The position numbers and the translations under genes were made by a program. This document shows, one piece after another, positions 17,736-27,596 of a DNA stretch of 64,000 bases. The stretch's first letter is position 1. Every line of letters begins with the position of its first letter. Under the pieces are notes generated by a model. The model searched no databases. It was given only the letters and a program-made list of their open reading frames with translations, and was not told the DNA's origin. This stretch comes from an uncultured Alphaproteobacteria bacterium (lineage in GTDB: Bacteria; Pseudomonadota; Alphaproteobacteria; Rhizobiales; Xanthobacteraceae), in assembly GCA_963784325.1 (NCBI GenBank), contig CAWARC010000042.1, positions 26,841 through 90,840 of the forward strand, read 5' to 3'.

Positions 17736-19013
17736 CTATCCGTTGAACACGATGTTGAGATCGTATTTCCATTTCGTGCCTTTTTCCCACTGACCGCCGA
17801 CGATCGGCGTCGTGCAGACATTCGGCACCGGATTGGTCGGACCGCCCTTCCAGGTGATGGGGCCGACGATCGACTGATAGTCGGTCTGGGCAATCGCATC
17901 GCGGATCGATTCGGCATTGAGCTTCTTGGCGCGCTTAAGCACGTCGATGGCGACTTCGAGATTGGCGTGCTTGAAGCCGAGTGGTTGGGTCCACTGCTTG
18001 CCGCTCGCCTTCTCGTAGGCGTCGCAGTACTGTTGCGCCGTCTGGCCGGTCAGGCCCGACTTGAACGGATGGTGATGCGACCACCAGACTTCCGTCGACA
18101 TGCCGGCGCCGCGATCACCCAGTGCCTCGACGGCGGTCGGGAACAATAGCGCCTTGGGCGGCGTCACGATCTTCGGTTGAAAACCCTGCTGCGCGCATTG
18201 GGTCCAAAAAATCGCGAATTGCGGCGGGTTGAAAATGCCGCAGGCGATGTCGGCGTTCATACTTTTCAACTGGCCGATCTGCGCCGAGAAGTCGTCAGAT
18301 AGCGGCGGATAGAGACCGAGGTAGTGCACGTCAAAACCGTGGCCCTTGATGGTCGCCGGCAGGCCGTGCTCGGGATTGCTGGCGGCGATGCCGTCGGGAT
18401 CGTTGGTCAGCATCACGCCGGCAATCTTGTTGGTCGGCAGCGTTAGCCACATCTCGGCGAACATATTGGCGACCATGTCGAAGCCCCAGAAGAAGTGGTA
18501 GGTCCACTCGAAACCCTTCTTGGGGTCGCCCTTGCGGCCGAAGAACCAGGACTGCCACGGATCGTCCGACGTGATGCATGGCACGCCGGCGAGTTCGCAC
18601 TGATCGGCGACCGGATTGGTCGTATCGCCGGTCGACGAGGCGATCATGATGTCGACCCGGTCATTATTGATGAGCTGCGCCGCAACCTCCGAGGCGCGGT
18701 TCGGATTCGATTGGCTGTCCCGGTTGAGAATTTCGACGCGATGTTTCTCGCCGGCGACGACGATGCCGTCACCCAAAAACTTGCTCACCTCCTCGGCAAC
18801 CCATTTCGAGGGCTCGCCGAATGCGGCGATTGGCCCGGTTTCCGGCGTGATCTGCCCGATCTTGATGGTCTTGGGCGCCGCGCGTGAGGACTGGAACGTC
18901 CACGGCGATGTGATGAGCCCGGCACTGCCGGCCGCAGCAAGCTTAAGAAGCTTGCGGCGTTGCTTGTCGATTTTGCCGGCGCGCGATGCGGCGCCCCCCC
19001 ATTTGACGGTCAT
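17736..19013 (-). CDS. ABC transporter periplasmic substrate-binding protein (LivK/Peripla_BP_6-like)
   Basis: 425 aa; GGGAGGA RBS. Tat-like leader ...KQRRKLLKLAAAGSAGLI...SRAAP. IKIGQITPETGPIAAFGEP is typical of this family. Confidence 0.8.
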   Translation of the reverse strand: MTVKWGGAASRAGKIDKQRRKLLKLAAAGSAGLITSPWTFQSSRAAPKTIKIGQITPETGPIAAFGEPSKWVAEEVSKFLGDGIVVAGEKHRVEILNRDSQSNPNRASEVAAQLINNDRVDIMIASSTGDTTNPVADQCELAGVPCITSDDPWQSWFFGRKGDPKKGFEWTYHFFWGFDMVANMFAEMWLTLPTNKIAGVMLTNDPDGIAASNPEHGLPATIKGHGFDVHYLGLYPPLSDDFSAQIGQLKSMNADIACGIFNPPQFAIFWTQCAQQGFQPKIVTPPKALLFPTAVEALGDRGAGMSTEVWWSHHHPFKSGLTGQTAQQYCDAYEKASGKQWTQPLGFKHANLEVAIDVLKRAKKLNAESIRDAIAQTDYQSIVGPITWKGGPTNPVPNVCTTPIVGGQWEKGTKWKYDLNIVFNG

Positions 19014-19139
19014 GATCGCTTCCTCCCTAATTTATTGTGGTGAGATTATAGCCCGGTGGGCGTTCGCCCCACAAAGGCCCATCATCGCAGACTGAGCCGA
19101 GCTAGGCTACTGAGACGATGGACTAAATCTGCAGGCAAC

Positions 19140-20021
19140 CTAGGCGAAATTCTGCAGCATCGCCTCGCGCAGGAATTTCGGCAGTTCGGCCAGATCGCCG
19201 CTGCCGTAATCGTCGGCGACCGCCGCCGAAAGCGAAACCAGCGTGGCCGCCGACAGCGGCATCGGCACGCCGGTGAGCGCACCGGTCGCCACAGCCGACA
19301 TCAAATCCTTGCGCAACGTGCGGATGTCGAGGGTCATCTCGGCCGGCGCGCCCTTGAGCACGTCGATCTTGCTCTTCAGCCAGCCGCTGGCATAGGGCGC
19401 CTCCTGCAACACATCGAGCATCTGATCGAGCGTGAGGCCTTGCCTTAGGCCGAGCGCCAGCGATTCCGACACCGCTTGGATATAGGCGCCGAGACCGAGA
19501 TTGACGGCGAGCTTCATTGCGTAACCGGCGCCGTTCGGTCCCATATGCACGATACGGCGCGTCATTTTTTCCAGCACCGGACGGGCGCGGTCGAGGTCTT
19601 CAGCGCGGCCGCCGACCATGGCGAATAGCTTGCCGTCGCGCACTTGCGGAATGGTGCCGAGCACCGGCGATTCGATGAGCCGCGCGCCTTTGCCATCGAC
19701 CAGGGGCGCTAATTCGCGGCCGGTCATCGGCTGCAACGTGCTCATTTCGATGAACAGCTTGCCCTTGACGTCGCCGCTGAGAAAACCGTCCGGCCCGTTG
19801 AAGATGCGCCGGATGCCGTGATCCTCGGTGATGATGGAAATCACGATTTCGGCCTGGGCGGCGATCTCACGCGGATTGGCGGCGATCCCCAATCCGCCCG
19901 CCGCCAGCGCGCGGTTCGCCTCTGCGTTGTGGTCCCAGCCCACGACGTTGAAGCCTTGCTGACGCAAACGCTGTGATATCGCGCTGCCCATGCGGCCCAA
20001 TCCGACAATTCCAATTTTCAT
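19140..20021 (-). CDS. NAD(P)-dependent beta-hydroxyacid dehydrogenase family oxidoreductase (3-hydroxyisobutyrate dehydrogenase-like)
   Basis: Trimmed to ATG 20021 (GGGAG upstream): MKIGIVGLGRMGSAISQRL..., with the GxGxxG Rossmann motif. Confidence 0.75.
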   Translation of the reverse strand: MKIGIVGLGRMGSAISQRLRQQGFNVVGWDHNAEANRALAAGGLGIAANPREIAAQAEIVISIITEDHGIRRIFNGPDGFLSGDVKGKLFIEMSTLQPMTGRELAPLVDGKGARLIESPVLGTIPQVRDGKLFAMVGGRAEDLDRARPVLEKMTRRIVHMGPNGAGYAMKLAVNLGLGAYIQAVSESLALGLRQGLTLDQMLDVLQEAPYASGWLKSKIDVLKGAPAEMTLDIRTLRKDLMSAVATGALTGVPMPLSAATLVSLSAAVADDYGSGDLAELPKFLREAMLQNFA

Positions 20022-20200
20022 GACGTACTCCCTGATCCGCACAACGCGCGGTTATGATGAGCGCTCGCACTTTTGTCGCACTATAATTGACAGCATTTTG
20101 TGCTGGGATACTGTGTCGCCGTCAACGGCACCGTCGTTAGCGCAGGCGGCGAGCATAAAACAAATGAGCGCGGAAAATCGCCGCGGCTGGGGAGGCCAAT

Positions 20201-21220
20201 ATGCGACATCGCTTTCTGCTTGCTCTGTTACCGTTTGCGCTGGGGGTGCCGCTTGCGTTCGCCATCGTGCCCAAGGCCGTCTCGGCGGCGCAATACGTGC
20301 TGAAATGGGCCGTCGTGACGCGCGGCGACATGCAAGAGAAATTCGGCCACAAGCTGGCGGAGGTGCTGCCGCAAGCAACCAATGGCCGCGTCGAAGTCCA
20401 GGTCTTTGCCGGCGGCCAGCTCGGCAGCCCGTCGGCGATGATCGAAGGCTTGCAGCTCGGCACCATCGAGGCTTACGAAAATCCCGCCGACTTCTTCACC
20501 GGTGTCGATCCGCGCTTCGGCGTTTTCAGCATTCCGTTCCTGTTCAAGAGCACCGAGCAAGCCAACAAGGTTCTCGCCGATCCGGAATACAATGACTTCG
20601 TGATGCACATGGCCGAGGCCAAGGGGCTGGTCGGCGTCAACCTCGCGGTGGCGGCGGAGTTGCTCTATTTCGGCGTCAAGAAGCCGCTGCGGACGCTCGA
20701 TGATTTCAAGGGCATGAAAATTCGCGTCAATGCGACGCCCGCCGAACGCGCGCGCATGGCGGCGCTCGGCGCCACGGCGGTGCCGATGGGCCTGCCGGAA
20801 ATGATCACCTCGCTGCAGAACGGCGTGATCGACGGCACCATGAGCGGCATGTCGATCTTCACCAATTTCAACCTGCAGAATGTCGGCAAAGTGCTGCTTG
20901 AAACCCACGACACGCTCTTGGTCTCCTTTGGCGCCATGAGCAAGCCGTGGCTCGACAAGCTACCGCCCGATCTCAGCAAGACCGTCGTCGATGAGGCGCG
21001 CAAGCTGCAGCCTTGGGCGCGGCAGACCGCGATCGATGAGGTCGCCCAACTACGCCAGGTATGGCTGCAGCGCGGCGGCGAGATCGTGCATCTGTCGCCG
21101 GCCGACCAGGCGGAACTGGAAAAGCGGCTCAAGCCGATCGGCGCCGAAGTGACCAAGGACGATCCGGTGCTCAAGGCGTTCTACGACAAGACCGAGGCGC
21201 TGGCGGCGAAGTACCAGTAA
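20201..21220 (+). CDS. TRAP transporter substrate-binding protein (DctP family)
   Basis: 339 aa; GGGGAGG RBS; signal peptide. ...LKWAVVTRGDMQEKFGHKLAEVLPQATNGRVEVQVFAGGQLG... Confidence 0.8.
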   Translation: MRHRFLLALLPFALGVPLAFAIVPKAVSAAQYVLKWAVVTRGDMQEKFGHKLAEVLPQATNGRVEVQVFAGGQLGSPSAMIEGLQLGTIEAYENPADFFTGVDPRFGVFSIPFLFKSTEQANKVLADPEYNDFVMHMAEAKGLVGVNLAVAAELLYFGVKKPLRTLDDFKGMKIRVNATPAERARMAALGATAVPMGLPEMITSLQNGVIDGTMSGMSIFTNFNLQNVGKVLLETHDTLLVSFGAMSKPWLDKLPPDLSKTVVDEARKLQPWARQTAIDEVAQLRQVWLQRGGEIVHLSPADQAELEKRLKPIGAEVTKDDPVLKAFYDKTEALAAKYQ

Positions 21221-21352
21221 TTGCGATGCCTAAGGCCGGAGCGTTACCGCGGCCGCGGAGCGCTTCGGCAAAATCCGGCCGGGGCGAATTGTGGGGCGCC
21301 GTCGCGCGTGACGGGATGACGTTTTGCGCGTGCCGGCTGCGAGGGTGGTGAA

Positions 21353-21859
21353 ATGGCGGACGCAAAGCCGCTGTCGCGGCGACGGCAGATCGAAGAGTTC
21401 ATTTTCGTCAGAGTTCCGCACGTCTTGTCCGGCACGCTGTTCCTGATCGCCGTCGTGCTTAACATCGTCAACGTCATCGGCCGTTACGTGTTCGGCATGC
21501 CGGTGTTCTGGGCCGAAGAGGCGCTGACCTTTACCGTGATTTGGATCGTGTTCCTGGTCGTCGGCACCATCACCTACCGCGGCGCGCACCTGAATATGGA
21601 TCTGCTCTATTCCCGGATGCCGGCCGGCCTGCAGCTCGTCGTCAGGGTTGCTATCGCGCTGGCGCTGATTGTCTGCGCCGTCTACACCGCGATCCAGTCA
21701 TGGGCGGTGGTCAAACTGCACTACATGACCAGCGGCGTCACGGCGGGCACCAATATTCCTCTGGTCATACCGCATTCGGCGCTGCTGTTCGGCTTCAGCT
21801 TCATGGCCGCGGCGGCGATCGTCCGGCTGCCGTCGTATATTTCCGGCAAGTTCGATTGA
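21353..21859 (+). CDS. TRAP transporter small permease (DctQ family)
   Basis: 168 aa, four TM segments. Lies between the DctP- and DctM-like genes. Confidence 0.75.
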   Translation: MADAKPLSRRRQIEEFIFVRVPHVLSGTLFLIAVVLNIVNVIGRYVFGMPVFWAEEALTFTVIWIVFLVVGTITYRGAHLNMDLLYSRMPAGLQLVVRVAIALALIVCAVYTAIQSWAVVKLHYMTSGVTAGTNIPLVIPHSALLFGFSFMAAAAIVRLPSYISGKFD

Positions 21860-21872
21860 GCGGGGCGCGGCC

Positions 21873-23153
21873 ATGTATTGGGTAATGGCGATCCTGCCGT
21901 TCGCGCTGCTGCTGCTGGGCTTTCCAATCTTTCTGCTGCTTCTGATTACTTCTCTGGTCATCCTGCTCGGCTTTTTCGATATTCCGATGACCGTGGTGCC
22001 GCAGGACATCTTCAACAGTCTCAACAAATACGCGCTGCTAGCGGTGCCGTTCTTCGTCTTCGCCGGCAATGTCATGTCGCGCGGCGGCATCTCGGTGCGG
22101 TTGCTGCGTTTCGTCAGTTCGCTGATCGGCGGCTTCCGCGCCAATGTTCCGTTCACGTCGCTTGGTTTTGCCGCGCTGTTCGGGGCGACCTCGGGCGTGA
22201 CCACCGCTGCGACCGCTGCGATCGGCACGCTGACTTATCCGAAAATGCGCGAAGCCGGCTATAGCGAGAGTTTCGCCGCGGCCCTTATCACCTCCGAAGG
22301 CGCGCTGGACAATCTCATTCCGCCGTCGATTGCGATGATCATCTACGGCATCGCCTCGGATACCTCGATCGTTCAGCTCTGGACCGCCGGTATCGGCCCT
22401 TGCCTTTTGTTGGCAAGTTTCTTCGGCGCCTACATCTATTATCATTCGGTCAAAGTCGGCATTTCCGACACCGGGCGCTTTTCGCTCAAGGAACTGTTCC
22501 AGGCGACGCGTGACGGCGCCTGGTCGCTCGGCGCCATCGTCGTGATCATCGGCGGCATCTATTCCGGCGTGTTCTCGCCGACCGAAGCCGCCGGCGTCGC
22601 CAGCGTCTATGCCATCGTCGTCAGCTATTTCATTTATCGCGAAGTGACGCTCGCCGATCTGTTCGATATTGCAGCGCGTTCGATGTACTTGACCGGTCTC
22701 ATTTTCATCATCGTGGCGATCGCCGGTCTCTATTCGTGGCTGCTCACGATCAGCGGCATCGCCCAGGCCATCGTGACGGTGATCACCAGCCTACATTCCG
22801 AGCGCTGGGTGGTGCTGTTGGTAATCAATTTGTTCCTGCTGTTCATCGGCTGCTTCCTCGATCCAGCCTCCGGCCTGATCATGCTGACGCCGCTCTTGGC
22901 GCCTGTCGCCGCGTCGCTCGGCGTCGATCCGATTCATTTTGGCGTCATCGTGGTGATGAATTTGACGATCGGGACTTTTCATCCGCCTTTCGGCTTGAAC
23001 ATTTTCGTCATTCAAGCTTTGTTCAAGACGCCGTCGGAGACGCTCTATCGCGGCCTGATCCCGTTCGTGATTCTGGCGGTGATCGCGCTACAGATCGTCA
23101 CCTATGTGCCGGCGATCTCGCTGACGCTCGAGCATCTGTTGTTCCGCGGCTAG
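21873..23153 (+). CDS. TRAP transporter large permease (DctM family)
   Basis: 426 aa polytopic: ...ALLAVPFFVFAGNVMSRGGIS... Confidence 0.85.
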   Translation: MYWVMAILPFALLLLGFPIFLLLLITSLVILLGFFDIPMTVVPQDIFNSLNKYALLAVPFFVFAGNVMSRGGISVRLLRFVSSLIGGFRANVPFTSLGFAALFGATSGVTTAATAAIGTLTYPKMREAGYSESFAAALITSEGALDNLIPPSIAMIIYGIASDTSIVQLWTAGIGPCLLLASFFGAYIYYHSVKVGISDTGRFSLKELFQATRDGAWSLGAIVVIIGGIYSGVFSPTEAAGVASVYAIVVSYFIYREVTLADLFDIAARSMYLTGLIFIIVAIAGLYSWLLTISGIAQAIVTVITSLHSERWVVLLVINLFLLFIGCFLDPASGLIMLTPLLAPVAASLGVDPIHFGVIVVMNLTIGTFHPPFGLNIFVIQALFKTPSETLYRGLIPFVILAVIALQIVTYVPAISLTLEHLLFRG

Positions 23154-23164
23154 CGGATTAGACG

Positions 23165-24262
23165 TCACGGGGCCTCGATCATCCCGGCGACGTTCTTGAG
23201 CGCCGCACGCAGGTTGTCGAACATGGCGATGCCTTCCGCGGCTGTTTTTCGCTTGACTGCGTGGCCGCGGGCGCCGGGCAGCCGTGGCGGTTCGGCGCCA
23301 GCCATCGGCTTGGCTTTGCCGACCATGTCGGCGATATGCGTCATACGAGCGTCATAGGCTGCGGCACCGGCAAAGCCTTGCGGATTGAGCACCAGGAAGA
23401 AATGGCAGATGTTGCTCGGCCGTTTGACCACGTTCTCGTAAGTCACCTGGAAGCCGGGCTCGCCGTCGGAGAGGGCGCTGCACAGAACTTCGACCATCAA
23501 TGACAACGCATAGCCCTTCGGTCCGCCGATCGGCAGCACCGATCCTTTCACCGCTGCGGCGGGATCGGTGGTCGGTTGGCCCTGCGGGTCGAGCGCCCAG
23601 CCTTCCGGAATGTTTTTTTGTCCGGCCGCGAGCATATGGCGAATGCGCGAGCGCGCCACCATGGCAGTTGCCATGTCGGCGACGATCGGCTCGGCATTGT
23701 GCAGCGGAAAGCCGACGCCGATCGGATTGGTGCCGAACAGGCCTTCGGTGCCACCCGTCGGCGCAATCGCCGGGCTGGCATTGGTAAATGCCAAGCCGAT
23801 CAGGCCCTGCGCCGCGGCGTGATCGACGTAATAGCCGGCGGCGCCGAAATGGCTGGAATTACGCACAGTGACTGCGCCAACGCCGTACGTCTTGGCGATT
23901 TCGATCGCCAGGTCCATCGCGCGCCGGCTCGCCACCAAGCCCAGCGCATGATCGGCATCCATCACGGCGGAGCAGGGCAGCGGCTGCACCGTGGCGATAG
24001 CCGGATTGCTCTTGATGGTGCCGTCAAGGAGACCGCGCGTATAGAGCGGCAAATGCACGACGCCGTGCGAGTCCGAACCGTGGGTCTGCGCCCAGAGCGC
24101 GACTTCGGCGCCGATCTCAGCGTCTGCGCGCGGCACGCCGCAATGCGTAAAGACGTCAACGACCAAAGCCGCGAGCGCGGCCGGCGTCACCTTGTCGGTT
24201 GCGGCCATCTGCCGGAGTTTTGCCGCGAGTGCCGCCGCGTCCTGCATCGATCTGCCCATCAC
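23165..24262 (-). CDS. Ldh_2 family (malate/L-lactate/ureidoglycolate dehydrogenase-type) oxidoreductase
   Basis: 365 aa: ...HGSDSHGVVHLPLYTRGLLDG...VRNSSHFGAAGYY...FTNASPAIAPTGG... 4-nt overlap with the upstream gene. Confidence 0.75.
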   Translation of the reverse strand: MMGRSMQDAAALAAKLRQMAATDKVTPAALAALVVDVFTHCGVPRADAEIGAEVALWAQTHGSDSHGVVHLPLYTRGLLDGTIKSNPAIATVQPLPCSAVMDADHALGLVASRRAMDLAIEIAKTYGVGAVTVRNSSHFGAAGYYVDHAAAQGLIGLAFTNASPAIAPTGGTEGLFGTNPIGVGFPLHNAEPIVADMATAMVARSRIRHMLAAGQKNIPEGWALDPQGQPTTDPAAAVKGSVLPIGGPKGYALSLMVEVLCSALSDGEPGFQVTYENVVKRPSNICHFFLVLNPQGFAGAAAYDARMTHIADMVGKAKPMAGAEPPRLPGARGHAVKRKTAAEGIAMFDNLRAALKNVAGMIEAP

Positions 24263-25134
24263 TTCGGTGCTGCGCCAGGAAAGAAAGCCTCGGCGTTGCG
24301 GTGGAACACTTTTTCATAGACGTCTTCGGAATAGCTGAGCGAACGCCAGTCGTCGACCAGCCGCTCATGCGTGAGGGTGGGCCAATCCCAGCCGAACAGA
24401 ATGCGGTCTTGCAGCCGGCCGCCGATTTCCTTCTTCAGGGCCGGTGTAAAATATTTCGGCGACCAGCCGTGCAGCTCGTAGCGGACGTTCGATTTGTGCA
24501 ACAGGATAGCGATCATGTCGTCCTGCCACGGCCAAGCCGGCCGGCCGGCGAGGATTTTCAGTTCCGGAAATCGCGCGGCGACAAGATCGACGTGGCGCGG
24601 ATGCCCGTCCTCAAGCACGACGCCCATGCCGCCGGGCATGCCTTGACCGATGCCGGTGAGGCCGGTCATCAGCAGCACCGGCACGTCGGCCTCGATCGAT
24701 AGCTTGTAGAACGGATCCCAGATCGGATCGCTGGGCGGAAACCGTAAGCTGTTCTGGCTCTGGCAGAAGCCGAGAAAGCCGCAATCGGCCGCTTTAAGAC
24801 GCGCATATTCCTTGAGCCAGAAATCCTTCAAGGTCGGATTGGCGGCGAGCCAGTTGCCATAGACGACGTCACGATTGTCGCGGGCGAATCCGGTTGCGTA
24901 ATCGTTGGAGGCGCGGATTTCGTCTTCATCGGTCATCCGCCAGGTGCGGTAGATATCGAGGATGCTGCGGACGTTGCGCTGACGGAAATCCTCCGCCATC
25001 TCCGCCTCGGTCTGAAAGCTGCGCTTCCGCTTGAAAATGCGCTCGGCATTGGCGAGTTCCTCGGCGCTGCGATGATGCAAGCCGGCGCGGGTGGAGAAAT
25101 GCGAATGGCAATCGAAATAGCGCACGGAATTCAC
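24259..25134 (-). CDS. Amidohydrolase_2 family protein (LigI/LigJ/ACMSD-like metal-dependent hydrolase or decarboxylase)
   Basis: The chosen GTG at 25134 overlaps the upstream stop codon (GTGA). VRYFDCHSHF...VLEDGHPRHVDLVAARFPELKILAGRPAWPW...ILFGWDWP. Confidence 0.7.
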   Translation of the reverse strand: MNSVRYFDCHSHFSTRAGLHHRSAEELANAERIFKRKRSFQTEAEMAEDFRQRNVRSILDIYRTWRMTDEDEIRASNDYATGFARDNRDVVYGNWLAANPTLKDFWLKEYARLKAADCGFLGFCQSQNSLRFPPSDPIWDPFYKLSIEADVPVLLMTGLTGIGQGMPGGMGVVLEDGHPRHVDLVAARFPELKILAGRPAWPWQDDMIAILLHKSNVRYELHGWSPKYFTPALKKEIGGRLQDRILFGWDWPTLTHERLVDDWRSLSYSEDVYEKVFHRNAEAFFPGAAPK

Positions 25135-26583
25135 TTCTTGTCGTAGCGCTGATCGAGAATCCGCTTCGGCTTGCCTTCGCGGCCGCGGTTCGACCATTCC
25201 ATGAGTGCGTCCTCAGGCACAAGCTCGACATCGAGCTTCAGCCCAAGATCCGAATGCAGCCGCTTCTCGATGTACTCCTTCAAGCCCTCCCAGCCCGGCG
25301 CGTCCTCGCGCACCTCGACCTTGACCGTCATCTCGTCGCGGATGACGCCATCGCGCACGTTTCGCTCGGCGATGCATAGCCATTCGCCGGTGGTGCGATT
25401 GTCGCTCTTGATCGCCGGCAGGCAGGCCTGCGGCCAGATGCTCACGCCGCGGATGCGTACCATGGTGTCGCTGCGGCCGAGCATTTTCTGCATGCGGCGG
25501 AAGCAGCTGCCGCATTCGCAGCGGTCGGTGGCGACGATGCGGGTGAGATCGCGCAGATTGAAGCGGATCATCGGCTGCTGGCGGCGATGCAGGATGGTGC
25601 ACACCATGTTGCCGATCTCGCCGTTCGGGACCGGCTTGTTATCTTCGATGCCGACGATTTCAAAGAAGGTCGAAATCCTCGTGAAAATGCAGGCCGTTCT
25701 GCTGCTGGCACTCGAAGGCGCCCATGCCCATCTCGTGTGTGCCGTACATGTCGTAGACCTTGCAGCCCCATAACTCTTCGAGCTGATGGCGGAAGGTGTT
25801 CTCGGTGTCCGGGCCCAGCCCGCAGCCGAGGAATTTGGTTTTCAGATCGCGCACGTCGAATTTGAGCTCGTCGCGCGCGACTTTGGCGAGCTGGGTGGCG
25901 TATTCGGGACGCACGTACCAGACATTGGTGCCCCATTCCTGGGCGATCTCGATCTGCCGCCGCGACGATGTGACTGCGCCGGTCCCGGTGGTGAGCGGCA
26001 GCGCGCCGAGATAATCGTGGCAGGCCTTGTAACAGCACCAGCCGGCATTGCCGAGCGAGCAGGTGTGTGGAATTTGCACGCGGTCGCCGGGCCGCACGCC
26101 GCAGATATACAGCACGCGCGCATGGGTGAGGCCATTGAGCTCCCATTCGAGCGGGGCGTAAAGCGTCGGCCGCGGCTTGCCGGTGGTGCCGCCGGAAGTC
26201 TGCAGCTTGAGCGGCTGTGTCTTGAGTATTTCATCGACATTGCCGTTGATCAGGCCGAACGGCGGGTTCTCCTCCTGGTCTTTCTTGATGTCGGCGGAAT
26301 CGAAGGTCGGCAGCTTGACGATGTCGTCGATGCTTTTGATGTCGCCGGGCTCGAGGCCGGCCGCTTTCCAGCGCCGCTGGTAGAAGCCGTTCCGCCAGCC
26401 GGTTTTCATCAGATCGAGGAATTGCTCGTTCTGGAATTTTCGGATTTCGTCCGCCGACCATTTCCATCGCGTCTTGGCGAACACGTCCGGCACCGGATAG
26501 CGCCGATACAGCGCGTCCCAGTCGATCGAGCGGTGATAGATCGGCAGCGTCGTCTCGGTGACGCTGCGCTCCATGACGGACAT
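25131..26583 (-). pseudogene. Phenylacetate-CoA ligase-like (PaaK / F390 synthetase family) adenylate-forming enzyme, reading frame split by a +1 shift at 25660-25668
   Basis: N-part (ATG 26583 after GGAG): ...LKLQTSGGTTGKPRP...GLHFHEDFDLL*. It continues in the +1 frame as EIVGIEDNKPVPNGEIGNMVCTILHRRQQPMIRFNLRDL...GRSDTMVRIRGVSIWP... Together these give a full-length PaaK-like protein. Confidence 0.7.
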
Positions 26584-26653
26584 TGTCGTCTCCATATTCA
26601 TTCCAGGCGCAACGCGGCGGACCGCGGCGCTAGCTACCGGCGGCCGCCGGCGC

Positions 26654-27430
26654 TTAGGTTTTGTAGTCAGGCGCGTCGCGGTCAAGCTTGCGAAGAAGCG
26701 CGCGCCAGGTCATTTGATTGAAGGGCTGATTGCCATCGGTGATGATCTTGGCTTGACCGATGGTCGCGTCCAGCACCCCTTGCGGCGGCACGTAAGGCTT
26801 GACCGCGCCGGCCGACGAGCGGACTTGGGTTTCGCAAGCGCGGATAACGAGGAACGCCAGCATATAGGCTTCGTGCACGCTGTGCCCCCACAGCACGAAG
26901 CCATGGCCGCGCTGCAGCACGATCTGCTTGTCGCCAAAATTCTTGGCCAGCCGCCGGCCTTCCTCGTCGGTGGAAATCAGGCCCTCGTAATCATGATAGC
27001 CAACCGGCCCAAGCCACAGCGCGTATTGGTTGCCGGGAATGATGCCGTGCTCCTGCATCGCCACGGCGGTCGCATATTTGGTGTGCAGATGCATGACGCA
27101 TTGCGCCTGCGGAAAGGCGTCGTAGATGCCTTTGTGAAACGGGAACGCGAATTTGTGTGGCATCTCGTCGCTCGGCTCGACGTGATTGCAGTTCTCGTCG
27201 AGCTTATGCAGGTTCGAGGCGGTGACCTCCTCGAACAAAATGGCCGCCGGATGCATCAGGAACTGGTTCGGATGGTTGGGTACGCGGGCCGACAAATGGG
27301 CGAACAGCAATTCATCCCAGTCCTGTAGCGCGGCCAGCCGGAAGGCGGCGGCGAGATCGACGCGGACCTTCCATTCGGCGGGATCCATACCCGGCTTGAG
27401 CGCCCGGGCGGTGCTCGTTGCGGCGTTCAC
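26654..27430 (-). CDS. Class II aldolase/adducin N-terminal domain protein
   Basis: 258 aa; GAGGGAGA RBS, GTG start. ...HLSARVPN...VMHLHTKYATAV...LQRGHGFVLWGHSVHEAY. Confidence 0.75.
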   Translation of the reverse strand: MNAATSTARALKPGMDPAEWKVRVDLAAAFRLAALQDWDELLFAHLSARVPNHPNQFLMHPAAILFEEVTASNLHKLDENCNHVEPSDEMPHKFAFPFHKGIYDAFPQAQCVMHLHTKYATAVAMQEHGIIPGNQYALWLGPVGYHDYEGLISTDEEGRRLAKNFGDKQIVLQRGHGFVLWGHSVHEAYMLAFLVIRACETQVRSSAGAVKPYVPPQGVLDATIGQAKIITDGNQPFNQMTWRALLRKLDRDAPDYKT

Positions 27431-27596
27431 GGCGTCTCTCCCTCAAGCAGCGCCGTTCTGCGGCGCGACTGTTGGTGCAAAGTATGTCCGTGCGCAGCTA
27501 CATTGTCCATTGCCGCTCGTAGCACCCGCATTGGGCTATTGCCCGCAGGGTTGAAGCGATCTTCAGCCAATGCTTGCGCTATGCTAAAATCATTCA

